DNA of 64,000 bases, from NCBI GenBank assembly GCA_047967505.1, contig CM106538.1; one strand, written 5' to 3'. Source of the stretch: Dipteris shenzhenensis. Taxonomy: Eukaryota. A program made the position numbers and the translations under genes. Positions 53,118 through 64,000 of this stretch are shown in pieces; position 1 is the first letter of the stretch, and each line of letters starts with the position of its first letter. The notes under the pieces were generated by a model. It did no database searches and was not told the origin of the DNA. It saw nothing but the letters and a program-made list of their open reading frames with translations.

Positions 53118-54616
53118 TTGGTTCGTGGTGAGGAGCTCAAGTAGCAAGAAGAGGTTGCGATACCCTGGTAAGAGGATTTGCGTCTTCTTTCATTTTGGAT
53201 GCTGGGGAGCATATCTCTGCAAGTACACAGCCGTGAGTGCAAGGTGCACTGTCACTGATTCCGACGCCCCGGTGTGAAGCTCGGGTGCATTACCCCGAGA
53301 AAAACAAACTGCGAAGTTTGTGACGCGTTGAAATCGCGGTTCAGGGCCGTTTCGGGGTCCGTTTTGGCATCGCAAAGTTTTCGCAGGCACTCAGGAGAAG
53401 TAGCCGTTTTTTACTGTGTATGCTGTATTTTCGCCTACGTGCGATTTGTGACAGACAGGTTGCTGTGTGACACCGGTGCAGAGATTTTGAGAAACGAATG
53501 CCATTTTGGGTTACTGTGTTTATGCATATTCGTCACTTGAAGTGACTCATGGTTGCTTGCCACTGCCCTTGTGAGGCTGTTTGCAGAAGTGTTGTTGTTT
53601 GCCCTTGTGAGGCATTTGCTGTGTTTCCAGGTTAATGTTGCAATTTGTGATTTGCAAAATGTCTGAGAATCTATTTACTATTGTCAGTGAGAAGCTTGAC
53701 AAGAATAACTTCCAAGCATGGAAGTTCAGGATGACAAACTTCCTCATGGAAAAGGGAGTTTGGGAGTACACCAGTGGGGAAAGTGTAGAACCAGTATTGG
53801 GAGCTGCTTCCACTCCTACTGAATTAAAGGCCTTTAAAGAATGGCATGAAAAAGCCAGGAAATGCCTGTACTGGTTGTTTGTCAATATTTTAGATTCCAT
53901 GATTGTGCATATACAAGATGTAGAGACGCCTAGGGATACATTGGTGAAGCTGTATAGTACAAATACAAATACACGAAAGATGCAGCTTAAGCAGGAGTTG
54001 CACAATGTGTAGAGGAAAAATCTGAGTATAAATGAGTACTCCTTGAAGGTGAAAGGTCTTGCAGAATCTCTTGGATCCATTGGAGCACCTGTTGATGATG
54101 AGGACTTAGTGTCCGTGACCTTGAATGGTCTTGGGAAGGATTATGCACAGTTTCGGACATCCATTGGAGTCCGTGAAACATTTTTTGATTTTCAGGAACT
54201 TATTGCTCTCTTGCTGAGTGAGGAGCAAAGGAATGGTGGTTCAGCCACATCAACTTCTCAAGAGTGTGCCTTCTACTCGAATACAGGTAGAGGCAGGGGT
54301 AGAGGAAGAGGCTGTTTTGGCGGCCGCACAGGAAATCAAAATCAACAGCAGCAATAGGAAAACTAGTCCTATGGAGGAGGACGTGGTACTTCTAGAGGCA
54401 GGGGGAGCCAAAGAGGCCGTGGTACATGGCAAAGGAACCAACAAGTAAATAGCAGTACATAATGCTATTATTGTGAAATTCTGTGCTATTATTGTGAAAA
54501 GCCTGGGCACAAGGAGAATACCTGCCATAAAAAGCAGAATGACATCAAAAGTGGGAAGTTGCAGCAAAGCAACTATGCGTCATCATGCGGGCACGGTGAT
54601 GACATAAATGAGCACC

Positions 54617-54735
54617 TTTTTTTTTTTTTTTTTCATGAAAAAGACTTCTATTAAGTAAGAACAAAAACCCGCGAGAGCAAGCTCAAAGCGGAATACATCA
54701 TGAAATCATGAGGATAATAAAAAACCCCCTCAGAG
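54617..54735 (-). mobile_element. short poly(A)-tailed retro-insertion (SINE or 5'-truncated LINE) inside Copia gag-pol
   Basis: T17 tract at one end; flanked by TGACATAAA(A)TGAGCACCTTTTT direct repeats at 54600 and 54736. Confidence 0.8.
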
Positions 54736-57700
54736 TGACATAAAATGAGCACCTTTTTGTGATGCAGCATATGGTTAACTCCATGACAGGAGATGTTGCA
54801 GCTTGCAATGATGTTTGGTATGTTGATTCAGGTGCTTCTAACCACATGACCACTCATGATGAGTGGTTTCATGATGTCAGAAATCTGAATAAGCTAGGTT
54901 ATGTTGAAACAGGTGATGATAGTGCGCACCCAATTACGTAAGTTAGTAAAGTGCCATTGGCTATGCAGGATGGCAAAACGAAGTACTTGGCAAATGTACT
55001 TCATGTTCCCAAAATCACCAAGAAGCTGGTTTCAGTTGGCCAGATGGTTGAGCAAGGTCTGCAGGTCAGATTTAATCTTGATGGATGCTTTGTTGAGGAC
55101 TTGAAAAATAAGTGCCGCCTGGTTACAAAAGGCAACAAAAATGGCAGAATGTTTACCTTGGATGTTGATATGCCTGAGGTGAAGCTGCTATGTTTGCGCA
55201 TGGGAGAGGTGTCATTGCAGATATTGAGATATGGCACAAGTGCATTGGGCACGTGAATATACAAAGGCTGAAATCTATGCAAACGAAAAACATTGTTGCA
55301 GGTTTGTCTAAATTCAGAGTCGAGGGAATGTAAAAGGTATGTGAAGCATGCCAAATGGGCAAGCATGCATTTCTAAAAAATGCTAAGGTGAGCAGAAGGC
55401 CTTTGGAAGTGATCCACTCAGATGTGTGGGCAACCAAAGCTGCTTCTATTGGTGGATGCCATTACTATGTGACGTTTATTGATGACTACACTAGGAAGGT
55501 GTGGATTTATTTTATGAAACACAAAAGTGAAGTGTTCAGCTATTTCAAGGCTTTTAAGGCCATGGTTGAAAAAGAGAAAGGTGTGCACATTAAGGTGCTA
55601 AGATCTGATGGAGGGGATCTGATGGAGGGGGAGAATACTTTTCACAAGAATTCAGTGAATATCTGAAAGAACCGGGAATTAAAAGGAAGTACTCATGCAG
55701 GTTTACCCCTCAGCATAATGGGGTTGTAGAAAGGAAGAACATGCATATTGCAGAAGTAGGACGAGCGATCCTAAATGAGAAAAATATGCCAGACTATTTT
55801 TGGGCTGAAGCAGTAGCAACTGCTGTTTATATTATGAACAGAACCCCCACTGCAGCTGTCCATGGCATGACACTTGAAGAAATGTATACAGGTCAAACCA
55901 AATATTTTTCACTTGACGGTATTTGGTTGCATAGCTTATGTTCATGTTCCTGATGAGAAAAGAACAAGGTTGGATCCAAAGGCAGAAAAATGCATCTTCA
56001 TTGGATATGCTCTGCATCAGAAAGGGTATCGCTGTTATAACCCTTCCACTCGCAAAATGCAAGTGAGCAGAGATGTTGTCTTTGATGAAATGAGCAGTTG
56101 GTATGCACCAACTGTTATGGTAGGAGATGCAGATGCAGGAAATGGGAATGCTGTAGTAAATGCACAGCAGCAATCTCAAGCCTTGAGTGGACCAGGAGAG
56201 TTCTCTACTAGTGGATCTAATGCATGGACAGGGAGATTCAGATCTAGTGAATCGTCACATGGCAGTTTTGATAGTGTTGTGCAGGTATCACTGTGCAGGT
56301 ATCACGCAAGGGAAAAGAAAAGGTGGACCATGCTCCAGTGTTTAATGTCTCAGCTGGTAGCTCTCGTGTTGATGGAGAGTCAAGTGGCTTTGAAATGAGC
56401 CTTGATGAGGTACTGGGGATTCCCTCTGTTGTTACACCTGGTGTAAGAAAAAGCATTAAAGACTCTTGCAAGTGATCCAATTGTATGCAGGTCCACTCGT
56501 GTTAAGTATCCAGTTGACAGGCTGAGATATGATGGGTATACATCACATCACTATGCTTATATGGTGAAGGTTCTAGAGGGACCAGAGCCCACATGCTTTG
56601 AGGATGCAGCAGGGCATAACAATTAGGAAGCGGCAATGGATGAAGAGATGGTTGCCTTGGATGCAAACCACACTTGGGATTTGATGCCTTTGCCTCATGA
56701 TAAGAAGGCTATTGGTTGCAAGTGGGTTTACAAATGGTCTTTGCATCAGATCGATGTGAAGAATGCTTTCTTGCATGGTGATTTGCAAGATGAGGTGTAT
56801 ATGATGCAGCAAAAGGTTACGAGGATGATGCACACCCCGATTTTATATGCAAGTTGCGCAAAGCCTTGTATGGCTTAAAACAGGCGCCCAGGGCATGGTC
56901 GAACAAGATAGGGCAATATCTTGTTACTATCGGATTTCAGATTTCCAATGCAGATTTTTCACTTTATGTGAAAAGGACAGACAAGGGGATTGTGCTTGTA
57001 GTCATCTATGTTGATGACTTGATCATTACAGGTGATAGTGATGCAGATATAAATCAAGTGAATCTGCTTTTGAAGCAAAAATTTGAGATGAAAGATTTGG
57101 GAGAGCTGTGTTACTTCTTGGGCATTGAGGTTATTAGATCCCTAAGTGGAATATGGCTGTTGCAGAGGCAATATGGTTTGAACATGCTGTCCAAATATGG
57201 GATGATAGGCTGTAAGCCTATTTCTGTTCCATTGGAGCAAAATGTGAAGCTCAGTGCAGAGGTAGGTGAACTTCTTGAAGATATTACTATGTACAGGCGC
57301 ATAGTAGATAGCTTGATTTACATGACTATCACCAGACCAAATTTGAGCTATGCTGTGGGGTTGGTGAGTCAGTTTATGCAGGCACCAAGGAAGCCACATT
57401 TGGATGCGGCTAGATGCATACTGCGGTATGTGAAGTCCTTATTGCATTATGGATTGTTTTATGAAGCTGGGTGTGCATTACAGGTACATGGGTACACAGA
57501 TGTTGATTGGGCTGGTAGTGTCTCAAACAGGAGATCTACTAGTGGTTTTATGTTTTCCCTTGAGAGTGCTACCATCTGTTGGAGCAGCAAGAAGCAGCCC
57601 TTGTCGAGCACAGAGGCTGAGTACAGGGGTGCAACTATGGCTGCATGTGAGGTAGCTTGGTTATGAAAGCTACTTGCAGATATGGGACAATCAGTTCATG

Positions 57701-59918
57701 CAACAGGTTTCATTCCTTGTGACAACATTAGTAGCATCATGCTTGCTAATAACCCAGTTTATCATGCTAGAACAAAGCACATTGAGGTGCATTACCACTT
57801 TGTGAGGGAGAAGGTTCTAGCAGGTGAGATTGACCTTGTATATGTGAGCACTGAGGAGCAGGTGGCTGATATTTTTACGAAGGCCTTGGGTACCGAGAAG
57901 CTTCGCAGATTTAGGAGCTTGCTTAGTGTACTTGAGATGGATTTGAGCTTGAGGGGGAGTGTTGAGATATCAAGCTCTAGCCCCGATGTATCTCCTGGGT
58001 GACTATCATTTATGTCACCGCCTATGTTGGTTGTACTCGTGGTGTAGTTAGACTGCCACGTCTATTTTGGTTTGGGTTCACATATGAACCACGTATTCTA
58101 GGGTATATCCCTCTCCTATTGTATTGTTGTTGTGTGCTATTTTCAATTGAGTGAAGATAAGCTTCAGCCTCCACATCTTGTGTCCTCCCTCTTGTGTATG
58201 TTGTGAAGAAGCTGCAATCGAGTCTCCTTCCTCTCTCCCACATTCTTTACACATGTGTCCGTCAGGGCCAGTGAAAAACTTACGACCATTCAGGCCCCTC
58301 ACAGGAAAGACTAGGCATGAAAAGAGGGTGAGGTAGAGCCACTGGCCACAACATGGATGTCCCTGGGAGAGGAATCGGACCATAAACCTTCCCTAGCTGA
58401 AGGCCATACCTGACTGAGCTGAAGATCAATAGCATCCTGAAGTGGAAAGGAACACTGCCGAGAGTGGAGGCCCTGAAAGTCGAACCACCCAACACAACGG
58501 TTTAGAGGGATCTCCCCCAAGAGTCTACCTCTTGGGGCCCTTCCTGATCCACATGAATCGAGGGAGAGGACTGACGGGAGACCGGAAAGGCTGCTGGCTC
58601 AAAGTCATCTGGAGGGGGCTGAAATGGACCCTCAGCCCCTGCACTAGGTCGTCTGCTGGGGCAATCCCTAATAAAGTGACCTCTCTTGCGACAGAAAAGG
58701 CACTGGTCAGGAAGACCCTCATACGAGACTCCTTGTTGGATCTGGATTCCATCACCAGTAGGATACAAAATCAAAGTGGGAGGAGGGCGAGGAGGAGAAA
58801 ACTCTGAAGTAAGCTTGACCCTAGTAACACCTGTACCGGCAAGGGACTGAGCATAAGATAAACGAGCACGTGAGGAAGAGATGACTGTGCCTACCACACT
58901 AGCCATATGCTCCACAGCTCTGCGGCAAGAACTGATCTCTTCTGGAAGACCAGGGAAAAGCATCCAAAAAGAAACTTCTCTCGGTCCAGGTGAGGTAGCA
59001 CTGAAATGCTTCCGCCAAGGCCATGAATGAATGACTCTGCTCTGATAGTGAAGTGGTGAGTTCATGAGCACCCTTTGGGCCTACTCCATTGACTGGAGCC
59101 CAAGAGAAAAGTAACCTCTGCCAAGCAGTCTAAAAACACTAACTGGGACACTGAGCGAGGCCATGTTGATGTACAGCCAATCACATAATTGTTGGCCTCT
59201 ACCCAGTAGAAAGCCAATAATGTGCATCAGTCGAAAACCCTCCTCTGCTGCCTCAATCATCTACACAATGTCTAGAGGGAAAGCAACCGTAACTTTCTAC
59301 TTCCTCAGGTTGGGCAACGGGGCATTGATGTCCTACATTGTCTCTCAGCTATTGCTGTCGTGAGGGAAGGAGCTACCCCTGCTAGAATTTTCTACTCTCA
59401 TTGAAACTGTATTTATACGTGCAATAGATGTATCAGTTGTAGGGACTATGGTGATATGTGTATATATGATACATTCCTTGAAATAGATGTGGTTTAGGAT
59501 GAGGATGAGGATAATGATGAGTCTTGACTCTTGACTCTTCACTTATCACTGATTTTCATGAAGATCCTGGGAGGATCATTGAGACTGTGATTTCCTATTT
59601 ATGCTTCATGAACCATATGTAATCTCCTTTCAGTAGTTATTCATCTACATTCCATGCTTTTGACTATTGCTTCCAGCAGGCTCCAGCTATTATGCCAAAT
59701 TATGCTCATGGCTGCCACTGCAATACAAATCCCACCCCTATTGTCAGCTGCTGGACTCCAGAAAGTCCTACTCTGGCCTCTAAGTGAAGAACTGCATCTG
59801 TCAATCCTATCCTGAGACAGCTTGTGCTCCTGAATGAGCACAATATCCGGAGGAGAGCCTGAAGACATGAGCCGGAGGGAGTCTCTAAGTATCTGCAATC
59901 TAGGTACTCCTATCCTGT

Positions 59919-62200
59919 TGTTGAGATATCAAGCTGTAGCCCCGATGTATCTCCTCGGTGACTATCATTTATGTCACCGCCTATGTTGGTTGTACTCGTG
60001 GTGTAGTTAGACCGCCACGTATGTTTTGGTTTGGGTTCACATATGAACCACGTATTCTAGGGTTTGACATATAGGGTATACCCCTCTCCTATTGTATTGT
60101 TGTTGTGTGCTATTTTCAACTGAGTGAAGATAAGCTTCAGCCTCCACATCTTGTGTCCTCCCTCTTGTGTATGTTGTGGAGAAGCTGCAATCGAGCCTCC
60201 TCCCTCTCTCCCGCATTCTTTACATGGTATCAGAGCTTGGTTCGTGGTGAGGAGCTCAAGTAGCAAGAAGAGGTCGCGATACCCTGGTAAGAGGATTTGC
60301 GTCTTCTTTCATTTTGGATGCTGGGGAGCATATCTCTGCAAGTACACAGCCGTGAGTGCAAGGTGCACTGTCACTGATTCCGACGCCCCGGTGTGAAGCT
60401 CGGGTGCATTACCCCGAGAAAAACAAACTGCGAAGTTTGTGACGCATTGAAATCGCGGTTCGGGGCCGTTTCGGGGTCCGTTTTGGCATTGCAAAGTTTT
60501 CACAGGCACTCAGGAGAAGCCGCCGTTTTTTACTGTGTATGCTGTATTTTCGCCTAAGTGCGATTTGTGACAGAGAGGTTGCTGTGTGACACCGGTGCAG
60601 AGATTTTGAGAAACGCATGCCATTTTGGGTTACTGTGTTTATGCATATTCGTCACTTGAAGTGAGTCATGGTTGCTTGCCACTGCCCTTGTGGGGCTGTT
60701 TGCAGAAGTGTTGTTGTTTGTCCTTGTGAGGCATTTGCTGTGTTTCCAGGTTAATGTTGCAATTTGTGATTTGCAAAACGTCTGAGAATCTGTTTACTAT
60801 TGTCAGTGAGAAGCTTGACAAGAATAACTTCCAAGCATGGAAGTTCAGGATGACAAACTTCCTCATGGAAAAGGGAGTTTGGGAGTACATCAGTGGGGAA
60901 AGTGTAGAACCAGTCTTGGGAGCTGCTTCCACTCCTACTGAATTAAAGGCCTTTAAAGAATGGCATGAAAAAGCCAGGAAATGCCTGTACTGGTTGTTTG
61001 TCAATATTTTAGACTCCATGATTGTGCATATACAAGATGTAGAGACGCCTAGGGATACATTGGTGAAGCTGTATAGTACAAATACAAATACACGAAAGAT
61101 GCAGCTTAAGCAGGAGTTGCATAATGTGTAGAGGAAAAATCTGAGTATAAATGAGTACTCCTTGAAGATGAAAGGTCTTGCAGAATCTCTTGGATCCATT
61201 GGAGCACCTGTTGATGATGACTTAGTGTCCGTGACGGCGCATAGTAGATAGCTTGATTTACATGACCATCACCATACCAAATTTGAGCTATGCTATGGGG
61301 TTGGTGAGTCAGTTTATGCAGGCACCAAGGAAGCCACATTTGGATGCGGCTAGATGCATACTGCGGTATGTGAAGTCCACATTGCATTATGGATTGTTTT
61401 ATGAAGCTGGGTGTGCATTACAGGTACATGGGTACATAGATGCTGATTGGGCTGGTAGTGTCTCAAACAGGAGATCTACTAGTGGCTTTATGTTTTCCCT
61501 TGGGAGTGCTACCATCTGTTGGAGCAGCAAGAAGCAGCCGACAGTTGCCTTGTCGAGCACAGAGGCTGAGTACAGGGGTGCAACTATGGCTGCATGTGAG
61601 GTAGCTTGGTTATGAAAGCTACTTGCAGATATGGGACAATCAGTTCATGCAACAGTTGTCATTCATTGTGACAACATTAGTAGCATCATGCTTGCTAATA
61701 ACCCAGTTTATCATGTTAGAACAAAGCACATTGAGGTGCATTACCACTTTGTGAGGGAGAAGGTTCTAGCAGGTGAGATTGACCTTGTATATGTGAGCAC
61801 TGAGGAGCAGGTGGCTGATATTTTTACGAAGGCCTTGGGTACCGAGAAGCTTCGCAGATTTAGGAGCTTGCTTAGTGTACTTGAGATGGATTTGAGCTTG
61901 AGGGGGAGTGTTGAGATATCAAGCTCTAGCCCCAATGTATCTTCTGGGTGACTATCATTTATGTCACCGCCTATGTTGGTTGTACTCGTGGTGTAGTTAG
62001 ACTGCCACGTCTGTTTTGGTTTGGGTTCACATATGAAGCACGTATTCTAGGGTATACCCCTCTCCTATTGTATTGTTGTTGTGTGCTATTTTCAACTGAG
62101 TGAAGATAAGCTTCAGCCTCCACATCTTGTGTCCTCCCTCTTGTGTATGTTGTGAAGAAGCTGCAATCGAGTCTCCTTCCTCTCTCCCACATTCTTTACA
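59919..62200 (+). mobile_element. internally deleted Copia copy (~2.3 kb)
   Basis: Both LTRs, PBS and PPT kept; gag joins late RT at ~61235 (GTGTCCGTGAC|GGCGCATAG). Confidence 0.92.
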
Positions 62201-62464
62201 CTTGTGTCCGTCAGGGCCAGTGAAAAACTTACGACCATTCAGGCCCCTCACGTTTCACGAAATAATGGAAAGACTAGGCATGAAAAGAGGGTGAGGTAGA
62301 GCCACTGGCCACAACATGGATGTCCGTGGGAGAGGAATCGGACCATAAACCTTCCCTAGCTGAAGGCCATACCTGACCGAGCTGAAGATCTATAGCATCC
62401 TGAAGTGGAAAGGAACACTGCCGAGAGTGGAGACCCTGAAAGTCGAACCACCCAACACAACGGT

Positions 62465-63270
62465 TTAGAGGGATCTCCCCCAAGAGTCTACCTCTTGGGG
62501 CCCTTCCTGATGCACATGAATCGAGGGAGAGGACTGATGGGAGACCAGAAATGCTGCTGGCTCAACGTCGTCTGGAGGGGGCTGAAATCGACCCTCAGCC
62601 CCTGCACTAGGTCGTCTGCTGGGGCAATCCCTAATAAAGTGACCTCTCTTGCGACAGAAAAGGCACTGGTCAGGAAGACCCTCATACGAGACTCCTTGTT
62701 GGATCTGGATTCCATCACTAGTAGAATACAAAATCAAAGTGGGAAGAGGGCGAGGAGGAGAAAACTCTGATGTAAGCTTGACCCTAGTAACGCCTGTACC
62801 GGCAAGGGACTGAGCATAAGATAAACGAGCACGTGAGGAAGAGATGACTGTGCCTGCCACACTAGCCATATGCTCCACAGCTCTGCGGCAAGAACTGATC
62901 TCTTCTGGAAGACCAGGGAAAAGCATCCAAAAAGAAACCTGTCTCGGTCCAGGTGAGGTAGCACTGAAATGCTTCCGCCAAGGCCATAAATGAATGACTC
63001 TGCTCTGATAGTGAAGTGGTGAGCTCATGAGCACCCTTTGGACCTACTCCATTGACTGAAGCCCAAAAGAAAAGTAACCTCTGCCAAGCAGTCTGAAAAC
63101 ACTAACTGAGACACTGAGCGAGGCCATGCTGGTGTACACCCAATCACATAATTGTTGGCCTCTACCCAGTAGAAAGCCAATAATGTGCATCAGTCGAAAA
63201 CCCTCCTCTGCTGCCTCAATCATCTGCACAATGTCTAGAGGGAAAGCAACCATAACTTCTACTTCCTCAG
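62465..63270 (-). pseudogene. duplicated LINE ORF1 (zinc knuckle)
   Basis: Near-identical to 58502-59071. Confidence 0.88.
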
Positions 63271-64000
63271 GTTGGGCAACGGGGCATTGATGTCCTACAT
63301 TGTCTCTCAGCTATTGCTGTCGTGAGGGAAGGAGCTACCCCTGCTAGAATTTTCTACTCTCATTGAAACTGTATTTATACGTGCAATAGATGTATCAGTT
63401 GTAGGGACTATGGTGATATGTGTATATATGATACATTCCTTGAAATAGATGTGGTTTAGGATGAGGATGAGGATAATGATGAGTTTTGACTCTTGAGTCT
63501 TCATTTATCACTGATTTTCATGAAGATCCTGGGAGGATCATTGAGACTGTGATTTCCTATTTATGCTTCATGAACCATATGTAATCTCCTTTCAGTAGTT
63601 ATTCATCTACATTCCATGCTTTTGACTATTGCTTCCAGCAGGCTCCAGCTATTATGCCAAATTATGCTCATGTATGATGAGGACTCGGTATGCTTTTTGT
63701 ATGTCTTTTGTATCATGTATGGAATCACTTACAGTCCTTTTTCTTACATTATTGTATATGACATGAGTCACACCTAGGCATACCCAGGTATAAATGTTCA
63801 TATTTTCTCTGCCCTAGGTATGATTTTTGTATGTCCTTTCAATTTTGTATCATGTATGGAATCACTTACAACACAATCTTTACTTGCACATTCTTGTATT
63901 GATATGACTCCTACCCTAGGTATAAATGTTCATTTTTTTCCTGCCCAAATGAAACTTGTTTCGTACTTTTTATGAAACCCATACGAAACCTATGAAACCC

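Larger units (their letters stand above)
52800..58251 (+). mobile_element. near full-length decayed Ty1/Copia retrotransposon
   Basis: LTRs 52800-53105 and 57960-58251 (TG..CA); PBS TGGTATCAGAGC; PPT GAGGGGGAG; TSD CCTGT/CATGT; gag, WYVDSGAS, IHSDVW..FIDDYTR, YVDDL, ARTKHIEV. Confidence 0.95.
48850..59380 (-). mobile_element. L1-clade LINE (ORF1 ~58500-59300; ORF2 from 58318 to ~48900), decayed and interrupted by a Copia at 52800-58251
   Basis: ORF1 knuckle CLFCRKRGHFIRDC; endonuclease VRGLN, DIVLIQE, NVYAP, RLDRF, SDHAP; RT NWRPITLL, LLDFE..DRV, QGCPLAPYL, FIDD. Confidence 0.9.
59707..63668. repeat. second unit of a tandem segmental duplication of 52588-59706
   Basis: The same LINE/Copia junctions, LINE ORF1 and flank are repeated; junction lies at CATG. 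Confidence 0.95.

Noticed and set aside
53547-54080. 177-aa minus-strand ORF repeated at 60666-61199
   Set aside because: It is the antisense shadow of Copia gag; the repetition is due to the segmental duplication.
58252-59918. Separate LTR element formed by the 3' LTR at 57960 and the 5' LTR at 59919 enclosing LINE ORF1
   Set aside because: No PBS or PPT inside; fully explained by the tandem duplication.

Overview
Eukaryotic, transposon-dense land-plant DNA (plant-type class III peroxidase and VQ fragments, Copia/Gypsy/L1/hAT elements; the exact lineage cannot be read from the sequence). No clearly intact host gene is present. Main result: a ~12 kb hAT DNA transposon (13926-25896) is defined by imperfect Ac-like TIRs and a perfect 8-bp TSD (TAGCAAAG), and it splits an older repeat. 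Besides its decayed ~890-codon transposase it carries an intronless protein-kinase ORF on the same strand, a 281-bp tandem array, and fragments of a peroxidase and a VQ gene. Second result: an intronless locus (45878-47674) joins degenerate ubiquitin repeats to a trypsin-like serine protease with an intact His-Asp-Ser triad. The rest is nested retroelements. These include a Copia with an inverted LTR piece and an integrase deletion, an L1-like LINE interrupted by a Copia that itself holds a poly(A) retro-insert, and a 7.1-kb tandem duplication whose second copy contains a deleted mini-Copia. Coordinates of degenerate pieces are approximate.
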